Under the pieces are notes generated by a model. The model ran no database searches, was not told the DNA's origin, and was given only the letters and a program-made list of their open reading frames with translations. 64,000 nucleotides of DNA from NCBI GenBank assembly GCA_947623175.1, contig CANQGK010000003.1, positions 9,667 to 73,666 on the forward strand, in the 5' to 3' direction. The stretch is from an uncultured Clostridia bacterium (GTDB taxonomy: Bacteria > Bacillota > Clostridia > Oscillospirales > Acutalibacteraceae). Position 1 is the stretch's first letter. Every line of letters starts with the position of its first letter. A program made the translations under genes and the position numbers. Positions 9,919-17,267 of the stretch are shown one piece after another.

Positions 9919-10701
9919 ATGAAATACCTGACCGCGAAAATCCTACCCAAAATTGATTTTGCGCATACCTTCAGCGCCGATTCTTACCGGCTTAAAATAA
10001 AGCCGAAGCCGAATACGATCGAGATTGCTTATATTTCAAAGGGAAGCTTGCATTTTGATACCGACGGCGAGGATTTGCTTATAAAAAGCGGCAGTATTGT
10101 CCTCAACCCATATCTGCGACCGGTAATTTTCCATTCGGACGAATACCACGAGCATCACACCGTTTCGTTTTTAATGGAATTTTCCCTTTCCGACCTTCCC
10201 GAAAGCCCTTCCTCCGTTCCCCTGCCGAGCGTGATTTCATCGCCCAATGAGCGCTGTTACCGCCTTATCGACGATATTATACGGATCCACACCCTTAACG
10301 CCGACAGCGGACTCAAAACGGCGGGTATGTGCTTGCAGCTGCTTTATGAAATCGGCGCAAACCCCGACCGCCTAGACATAAGCCCTTATATAAAAAAGGT
10401 AAAAAACTACGTCTTTCGGCATCTTAACGAGCCTATCCGCCAGGCGGATATCGCAAACGCTCTCGGCATAACGCCGGAATATTTGTGCGACGTTTTTAAA
10501 AGATGCGAAAACACCACCGTTATGTCTTATGTAAACCGCGTAAAGCTTGACAAAATTAGGGCTGTTATGGAAAAGGAACACCTGCCGCTTTATAAAGCGT
10601 CCGAGCTGTACGGCTACGCCGATCCGAACTACGTAAGCCGCCTCTACAAAAAAATCTTCCACACCAATATTTCCGACCGCATAAAAAATAAAGACTCATA
10701 A
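9919..10701 (+). CDS. AraC family transcriptional regulator
   Basis: 260 aa with a C-terminal AraC HTH (IRQADIANALGITPEYLCDVFKR...ELYGYADPNYVSRLYKK). It is divergent from the GRE operon. Confidence 0.85.
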   Translation: MKYLTAKILPKIDFAHTFSADSYRLKIKPKPNTIEIAYISKGSLHFDTDGEDLLIKSGSIVLNPYLRPVIFHSDEYHEHHTVSFLMEFSLSDLPESPSSVPLPSVISSPNERCYRLIDDIIRIHTLNADSGLKTAGMCLQLLYEIGANPDRLDISPYIKKVKNYVFRHLNEPIRQADIANALGITPEYLCDVFKRCENTTVMSYVNRVKLDKIRAVMEKEHLPLYKASELYGYADPNYVSRLYKKIFHTNISDRIKNKDS

Positions 10702-10703
10702 AC

Positions 10704-10734
10704 GAACCCCCTCGGGATTTATCCGAGGGGGTTC
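10704..10734. terminator. bidirectional hairpin terminator
   Basis: gaaccccctcgg-N7-ccgagggggttc, a 12-bp perfect stem. It separates the AraC gene from the convergent TIR gene. Confidence 0.7.
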
Positions 10735-10757
10735 ATTAAGCACGTATCTTAGAAGAC

Positions 10758-12629
10758 TCAAGAGTCCAGCGTAATCCACAAAGCGGGGCGAACAGCGTCA
10801 TAATTGATGCCGACACCGTTACCATCGAAACTGACCGAACCGGCACAGTCGACAAGAGCAGCAGCGAGCTGAGAATAGCCGGGCGACCGGAGCCACCACC
10901 AGCACGCAGCTTCGCCGCTTGCTGTTTTATAATCTTCTTTCGTATATGCTCCCTGCGACTTTGCATAAGCAGTCGGAGCACATCTGCGTGATTCGTCGTT
11001 TGTGAAATACTTTTCCGCTTCATTAATGCTTAATAAGAATATTTTATCTTTTGTTGCTCTTCCGGAATTTGTATCGTGTTCGGGATTCTTATCTGCACTG
11101 ACGTTTGTCGTCGTTATTTTTTTCTGTTCCTCGGCACTGAAAGCATTATTGAGAAACGTTCCGTTAAGCCATGTTCTGAGAGTGCATTTTTCCCAAGTTA
11201 CGTCAGTAAAAGATTTATTATACGGTTGGCAGTCAAGCGCGTATTTGCTGATTATAAGAGCTTTATTACCTTTTTTCTCAAGAATAAGCCATGCAATTTT
11301 TTCTTTTGCTTTTCCGGTCTCATCTTGATAGTATGAGCCAAAATACAGCGAGTTTTTATTTTGCTCGTTTATTATTTCTTTCATGCGAGCAATCTCTTTA
11401 GCCTTTCGCTCGCTTATGTTGGCAATGTATCCTTCAACTTCTGCTTTCAACTTTTCGTCACCGAAGCGGAGAATTTTTTTATAATTGTCCTTTTCTTCAA
11501 ATGAATTGCAGCAATCGGCTAATAGTTCGCGATAGCTTACACCTATTTCCGCCATCAGCTTGCCAAGGTAAGCTTCGGCGTTTTCGGGATCAAGGTCGAG
11601 CACTTTTTCGCAATATTCATCGGCTTCTTTCCATTTTTTGTCTTCCAAAAACAGAAAGGCGCGTTTCAGCAGCGGTGCGACGTTGGCGTTTCCGCCAATC
11701 ATTGCCGTCTCTTTTTCAACCACCTTCGGCATATCTAAAGGAACGATTTTCTTTATCCCACGAATCAAATCCTGCATAAACCCGAGCTTTGACATATCCT
11801 GTGCTTGCAGATGGGAAAATTCTTCCGGCAAATCATAAGGATCCATATCCTTATAAGCGGGGATAAGCATCTTCTTGGCACCGTTTTTAATAAGGGAGAG
11901 ATAACGGCTCCATTCGTTCTTAACCCAAACGGCATTAAAATACTCGGGTTTTGTACCAAGTGCAACCATTACCTTTGCGGAATTAAGTGCCGCAAATATG
12001 TACGGCTCGTAAGCCGTGCCGAGCTTGTCTTCGAGCGTAATGCGCGAGAAAAACACTTTAAAGCCCTCCTGAGTCAGCTGATGGTAAAGATCGTTTGCCA
12101 AAACCGAATCGGGTGTACGACGACCGTTATTATCGGTTTCTTTATAACAAATAAAAACGTCAAAGGGTTCTTCTTTTTGAGAAATTGCAAGAATGCCTTT
12201 TTGGATTTCGTTGATTGCATTTGCTTCTTTTTCGTAAATGGCTTTTTGATAAGAGTCCGCATTATTCAAAGCGGATTTGTAATTATCGTCATCAAAAATA
12301 GACGTAAACTGCGCCCGGTTGACGGTCGGTACACGTTTCCGTGTTGCGGGATCCTCCACGTATTCTATACCGTAACGGCATAATACCAGCGACCAATACG
12401 CCTCCGCGTCGGTATTATCCTCATTGAGTATCTGCTCATAAATACCCATCGCCTTATCAAATTCGTTATTACGGCGAAAATGGTTCGCCCTGTCGTACAT
12501 ATTTGCGCGCTTTTCGTCGTCAAGCTTGGGAAGTGTTTGTTGAGTTCCGCAGTATTCGCACTCGGCAACCGTTTCGTTATTTTGAATTTCTAATGCGGCA
12601 CCGCACATTTTGCATTTAAAGATTGACAT
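10758..12629 (-). CDS. zinc-ribbon / TPR-like / TIR domain protein with a C-terminal DUF6273-like domain
   Basis: 623 aa. The N-terminus has CKMCG...CEYCG (zinc ribbon). Residues ~155-295 (PFDVFICYKETD...KVFFSRITL...AVWVKNEWSRYL) look like a bacterial TIR_2 domain with the conserved W...E. A helical TPR-like segment follows (EADEYCEKVLDLDPENAEAYLGKL). The C-terminal domain ends WWWLRSPG...RPALWITL. Confidence 0.8.
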   Translation of the reverse strand: MSIFKCKMCGAALEIQNNETVAECEYCGTQQTLPKLDDEKRANMYDRANHFRRNNEFDKAMGIYEQILNEDNTDAEAYWSLVLCRYGIEYVEDPATRKRVPTVNRAQFTSIFDDDNYKSALNNADSYQKAIYEKEANAINEIQKGILAISQKEEPFDVFICYKETDNNGRRTPDSVLANDLYHQLTQEGFKVFFSRITLEDKLGTAYEPYIFAALNSAKVMVALGTKPEYFNAVWVKNEWSRYLSLIKNGAKKMLIPAYKDMDPYDLPEEFSHLQAQDMSKLGFMQDLIRGIKKIVPLDMPKVVEKETAMIGGNANVAPLLKRAFLFLEDKKWKEADEYCEKVLDLDPENAEAYLGKLMAEIGVSYRELLADCCNSFEEKDNYKKILRFGDEKLKAEVEGYIANISERKAKEIARMKEIINEQNKNSLYFGSYYQDETGKAKEKIAWLILEKKGNKALIISKYALDCQPYNKSFTDVTWEKCTLRTWLNGTFLNNAFSAEEQKKITTTNVSADKNPEHDTNSGRATKDKIFLLSINEAEKYFTNDESRRCAPTAYAKSQGAYTKEDYKTASGEAACWWWLRSPGYSQLAAALVDCAGSVSFDGNGVGINYDAVRPALWITLDS

Positions 12630-12635
12630 AATAGT

Positions 12636-13322
12636 TTATACTCCTTTTATCACGTTCCCTAAAAATTCAAAAGCTGTTTTGGCAAAGCCCCCAAACGGTA
12701 ATAACGAAATGACAGAAAAAATGGCTTCCTTGCCGGCACTCATCAAAAATTTTTTTAATCCTTCTTTTGTAAAATCGCCAAGGAACGACTGTATAGCATT
12801 ATCCGATTTAGCTATTGACTTTATATTCTTCTTAGTTTCGGGAGAAAAAATATCCGTTAACGTTTCGTCTTCAATGCATATTTCGGTAAAACAATCAAGC
12901 GGCAATCGAAGCAATTTCCTGTTTAGTGAACATTCATCATACCATCCTTTTTCTTCGATGAAATGACGAGCCTCATTTAAAACATTAATGTCTTGAATTA
13001 ATATTTTGACATAATGATCCGACTCGTCATATTTTGCATTTTTTACCGATTCTGCAAATGAAATTTTCCAATCAAAACCTTTATGTGGATATTTCAGTTC
13101 CTTTCGCTCTTTCAGCGCTCTTATTCTTGACTGTGTTATGCCCAATTGCTTTGATAAAGCGTAATCGTCATACGGTTCTCCTACTTTAATACAATGCTCA
13201 ATGTATTCTGAAAAAAGTAAAACCTCTAAATCATTTTTGGATGTGCTCCCAAAATTTTGGCAGAAGTATAATTCCGATATTTTATCGAAACAAGACTGCT
13301 TTTCTTCATTTGAAAAATCCAT
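12636..13322 (-). CDS. hypothetical protein (possible HTH; hydrophobic/amphipathic C-terminal tail)
   Basis: 228 aa with no family I recognise. YALSKQLGITQSRIRALKERK resembles an HTH. The C-terminus is AIFSVISLLPFGGFAKTAFEFLGNVIKGV. Its stop lies 6 nt before the TIR gene start. Confidence 0.55.
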   Translation of the reverse strand: MDFSNEEKQSCFDKISELYFCQNFGSTSKNDLEVLLFSEYIEHCIKVGEPYDDYALSKQLGITQSRIRALKERKELKYPHKGFDWKISFAESVKNAKYDESDHYVKILIQDINVLNEARHFIEEKGWYDECSLNRKLLRLPLDCFTEICIEDETLTDIFSPETKKNIKSIAKSDNAIQSFLGDFTKEGLKKFLMSAGKEAIFSVISLLPFGGFAKTAFEFLGNVIKGV

Positions 13323-13333
13323 AGTAATCCACC

Positions 13334-14035
13334 TTACTTTAGTAGTCTACACTTCTTATTCCTATCCTCAATCAGTATAATCAACTCGTTCGCCGATTTT
13401 TTGGTATTATCCGCGTTGTTTGCGTTTACGGCGGCGGCAAGCTCGTTGATTTTCAAAGTGATTTGTGCTTCTTGCGCGGCTAATGCCGCATTGCTCATCG
13501 GATCTGAATATCTGACCGCTTCGTATACCTTTTTGCATTCGTTTTTAATCTCTTCGGTTTGTGCTCTCGCAATCAAGCCTTCCGAATCAACGGTTAAAGA
13601 TTTGATGAAAAAAGTCTGCGCTTTTGTTTTATCGTCAACCGCGGACACAACCTCCGCCGCCGCTTTGGCTTTTATAACCGCGATTGCGTTAAAGGCAAGG
13701 ATTATAAGGCAGACGATTATTCCTATCCAATTCGGCAAATTGGGTATTGCCATGCAAATCGCGCCGAATATAACGGTCAGAATAAGCCCCGTATAGCTTA
13801 TTTTAATAAGCGGTAAATTGTAAAACAGCTTTTGTAAATTTTCGGCTTTAAATGCGATAAACGCGCAGTAAAGCTGACCTATAAAGGCAAGGGTGATAAA
13901 TACGTAACCCGACCAAAAAGCCCCGCCGAATTTGGTCAAACCCGCCGATTCGTTCGGAGTTACAAAACAGATAATATTGAAAAGGGCAAAAAGAATTACC
14001 CAAGCGGCAAAGTATGATTTAAACGTCTTTTTCAT
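13334..14035 (-). CDS. membrane protein (about 4 TM helices plus a C-terminal coiled-coil)
   Basis: 233 aa. There are four hydrophobic stretches in the first ~125 aa, then an Ala/Glu/Lys-rich helical tail. It lies 16 nt downstream of the SPFH gene and 11 nt upstream of the next gene. Confidence 0.6.
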   Translation of the reverse strand: MKKTFKSYFAAWVILFALFNIICFVTPNESAGLTKFGGAFWSGYVFITLAFIGQLYCAFIAFKAENLQKLFYNLPLIKISYTGLILTVIFGAICMAIPNLPNWIGIIVCLIILAFNAIAVIKAKAAAEVVSAVDDKTKAQTFFIKSLTVDSEGLIARAQTEEIKNECKKVYEAVRYSDPMSNAALAAQEAQITLKINELAAAVNANNADNTKKSANELIILIEDRNKKCRLLK

Positions 14036-14051
14036 CTTTTATTCTCCTGAC

Positions 14052-15455
14052 TTATAGTTTTTCACCGCACTCGAGGCAGAACTTGGCTCCGCTCGGAAGC
14101 TCCGCACCGCATTTCGCGCATTTCGCAATAAGCGGCGCGCCGCACTCCATACAGAACTTGCCTTTGTTGGTTTTCTTACCGCAAGCGGGGCAAATAATTT
14201 CGTTTTCGTTCGGCAATTCTATTTTGGCGCCGCATTCGAGGCAGAAATTTGAATTTTCCGGAACTTCGCTGTTACAGTTAGGACACTTGATTTTAGCGGT
14301 TTGTTGAGGACTGTCATTCGCGGGCATAGTACCGAAGCCCTTGAACATTTCGCCCATTTGTCCGCTTACGGCGCCGGCGGCAGCCATACCGACGCCGAGA
14401 CCTATCATATCGCCGGCAACTCCGCCGCCCGAGCCGCTTATGTTCATATTACCGATACCTTCCGCATAGGCTTTTTGAACTTCGGCTTGAATTACGTCCT
14501 TTTCGTTATAGCCCTTTGCCCGCATTACTTCCGCTTCCGCAAAGCCGGACATTTTTGCAGCCTGAGCCTCTGTCTGCGCACGGATAAGCTCTCTTTCGGC
14601 TTCTCGGCGGGCTTTTTCGGTAACGGTGGTTTCCTGCTCGAGAATCGCCTGTCGCTCTGCGGCGGTAATACTCGCCTGCGATTCCGCCATTGCCGTCTTT
14701 ATGGTTGTTTCCGCTTCGACCATCTTCTTTTGAAGAGAGATCGTATGTAATTCACGAATCCGCTTAAAGTTGGGATCGCTTTCGGGCAAAACAACGGTAT
14801 TCACATAAAACTCGGGAATTGTAAGTCCGTATTCCTCGAAACCGGGAATAATACTTCTTCTCAAAACGTCGGACAATAAGCCGAGACTTTCATCCACTTC
14901 AAGAATATTTATGTTTTGCGACTTAATACAGCTTGAAAGGTTGGTTTTGACGGCGGTAGAAATCAAAGGACGGAAAGAAGCGGATAAAGATTTGGTAAAA
15001 CCGCCGCTTCTGTCATCCCAAGCAATGCCGTTCATCGTTCCTACGATTTTAACAAGCAGCTTGCGGGGATCCGAAACCATTAGGTTCATTTCACCCGAAG
15101 CGCCTATTTCAAGCGGAACTCCGAAGGTGGGATCGATAAATCTTACCTTGCTGTCGGTACCCCATTTTATAGCCATCTGAACGGTTTTATTTATAAAATA
15201 AACCTCGCAATGAAACGGCGTATCACCGCCGGTAGTGCGATTAAGCGCTTTACCGATTTTCGGTATGTTCTGTGTTTCAAGGGTATATCGCCCCGGCCCG
15301 AACAAATCCAAAGCCTGACCGTTCATAAAAAAGATTGCTTCCTGCGACTCATGAACGATTAACTGCGTGGTCGTATTAAAGTCCTCGCACGGATGTTTCC
15401 ATATAAATGTGCTGTTATCACCCTCGTATTTAATTATCTGTGCTATTTCTGCCAT
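14052..15455 (-). CDS. SPFH/band-7 domain protein with three C-terminal zinc ribbons (COG4260 / B. subtilis YdjI-like)
   Basis: 467 aa. The N-terminus IIKYEGDNSTFIWKHPCEDFNTTTQLIVHESQEAIFFMNGQ is typical of YdjI-type SPFH proteins. It continues with an EA-rich coiled coil, a Gly-rich segment, then CPNC...CLECG, CPACG...CMECG and CAKCG...CLECG. There is a GGAGG RBS. Confidence 0.8.
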   Translation of the reverse strand: MAEIAQIIKYEGDNSTFIWKHPCEDFNTTTQLIVHESQEAIFFMNGQALDLFGPGRYTLETQNIPKIGKALNRTTGGDTPFHCEVYFINKTVQMAIKWGTDSKVRFIDPTFGVPLEIGASGEMNLMVSDPRKLLVKIVGTMNGIAWDDRSGGFTKSLSASFRPLISTAVKTNLSSCIKSQNINILEVDESLGLLSDVLRRSIIPGFEEYGLTIPEFYVNTVVLPESDPNFKRIRELHTISLQKKMVEAETTIKTAMAESQASITAAERQAILEQETTVTEKARREAERELIRAQTEAQAAKMSGFAEAEVMRAKGYNEKDVIQAEVQKAYAEGIGNMNISGSGGGVAGDMIGLGVGMAAAGAVSGQMGEMFKGFGTMPANDSPQQTAKIKCPNCNSEVPENSNFCLECGAKIELPNENEIICPACGKKTNKGKFCMECGAPLIAKCAKCGAELPSGAKFCLECGEKL

Positions 15456-15476
15456 AAATTTACCTCCTCATAACAA

Positions 15477-15502
15477 GTATCAAAAGGTGTACTTTTTGAG
15501 AA
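15477..15502. repeat. hix-like recombination site, left (26 bp: 12-nt half-site, GT core, 12-nt half-site)
   Basis: GTATCAAAAGGT-GT-ACTTTTTGAGAA. Positions 15478-15499 are the perfect reverse complement of 15616-15637. Confidence 0.7.
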
Positions 15503-15625
15503 AATGCGGATTTTGACTTTTTAATGGGGCTTTTTTACAAATTTCTGTTAATAAACGGCGAAATATGTTGATTTTTCACTATTTATATGATATAATCCAA
15601 TTTATATAAGAGCTATCAAAAAGTA
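15490..15625. promoter_or_regulatory. putative invertible promoter segment (inverton), about 136 bp between the two crossover cores
   Basis: It is bounded by inverted 26-bp hix-like sites and sits adjacent to a serine invertase gene. It carries a strong promoter and is the only DNA upstream of the SPFH-TIR operon. Confidence 0.6.
15568..15596 (+). promoter_or_regulatory. near-consensus sigma-A promoter with extended -10, currently pointing away from the operon
   Basis: TTGATT (15568-73), 17-nt spacer ending in TGa, then TATAAT (15591-96). It is on the plus strand, so it reads towards the 3' end of the recombinase gene. Confidence 0.6.
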
Positions 15626-15638
15626 CACCTTTTGATAG
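15613..15638. repeat. hix-like recombination site, right (26 bp)
   Basis: CTATCAAAAAGT-AC-ACCTTTTGATAG. It is embedded in a 34-nt palindrome (15609-15642, 13-bp arms) that overlaps the recombinase stop codon. Confidence 0.7.
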
Positions 15639-15640
15639 CT

Positions 15641-16381
<741 letters not shown>

Positions 16382-16423
16382 TTAAAATTTAATATCCGTA
16401 TGCGTTCTATAAAGCGGCAATTT

Positions 16424-16960
16424 TCAATAATTTTCCGCGCTGATTTCAAAAAAGCTTTGCGGATGATTGCAGACGGGGCAAACCTCCGGCGCGGCGGTGC
16501 CTACGATGATATGACCGCAGTTGCGGCATTCCCAAATTTTAACCTCACTGCGGGCAAAAACCTGAGCCGTTTCGACGTTTTTCAAAAGGGCGCGGTAACG
16601 CTCCTCATGATGCTTCTCTATAGCCGCCACCATGCGGAAACGGCGGGCAAGCTCGGGGAAGCCCTCCTCCTCGGCGGTCTTGGCAAAGCCCTCGTACATA
16701 TCGGTCCACTCGTAATTTTCCCCGTCAGCCGCGGCGGCTAAATTTTCGGCGGTAGAGCCTATGCCCTCAAGCTCCTTAAACCAAAGCTTGGCATGCTCTT
16801 TTTCGTTGTCGGCGGTCTTTTGGAAAAGCGCCGCGATCTGCTCAAAGCCATCTTTTTTGGCTTTTGACGCAAAATAGGTGTACTTGTTGCGCGCCTGCGA
16901 TTCGCCCGCGAAGGCGGCTTCAAGGTTCTTTTCGGTTTGTGTTCCGGAATACTTACTCAT
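16424..16960 (-). CDS. rbr: rubrerythrin
   Basis: 178 aa with a ferritin-like diiron domain ([14 protein letters not shown]...EKEHAKLW...EKHHEERY) and a C-terminal rubredoxin-like CRNCG...CPVCNHP. Confidence 0.92.
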   Translation of the reverse strand: MSKYSGTQTEKNLEAAFAGESQARNKYTYFASKAKKDGFEQIAALFQKTADNEKEHAKLWFKELEGIGSTAENLAAAADGENYEWTDMYEGFAKTAEEEGFPELARRFRMVAAIEKHHEERYRALLKNVETAQVFARSEVKIWECRNCGHIIVGTAAPEVCPVCNHPQSFFEISAENY

Positions 16961-17065
16961 TTAAATTACCTCCTTAATCTTTCGGCAAACGCCGTCTGAA
17001 ACGCCTCTGCCATATTTTCAGTATACCACCTTTCTCCCCGCCTGTCAATGCCTTTGAAGTGGGGG

Positions 17066-17093
17066 ATTATAATATTATGAGCAGTGATGTTAA
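17066..17093 (-). promoter_or_regulatory. putative rubrerythrin promoter with an overlapping AT-rich palindrome (PerR/Fur-like operator?)
   Basis: Read on the minus strand: TTAACA, 16-nt spacer, TATAAT. The spacer and -10 contain TCATAATATTATAAT, which resembles a Fur/PerR-type box but has 7-0-7 rather than 7-1-7 spacing. Confidence 0.3.
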
Positions 17094-17213
17094 TAAAATT
17101 ATCTCTGTTGAGAATTTTCAAATGAAGCAACGCCTCTCGGTGTAATGATGTTGCTTACTTCGTTCGCAATGATGCGATGTTTGCTCATGTGCCTTTAGGG
17201 CAAACATCATTGA

Positions 17214-17243
17214 AAAAGCCAATTGCGTGTGCAATCGGCTTTT
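17214..17243. repeat. terminator-like hairpin, copy 1 (direct repeat flanking the IS remnant)
   Basis: aaaagccaattgc-gtgt-gcaatcggctttt. It differs from copy 2 (18338-18366) at 2 positions. Confidence 0.6.
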
Positions 17244-17267
17244 CAGTCTGTCTAAAAACCCCAAATC

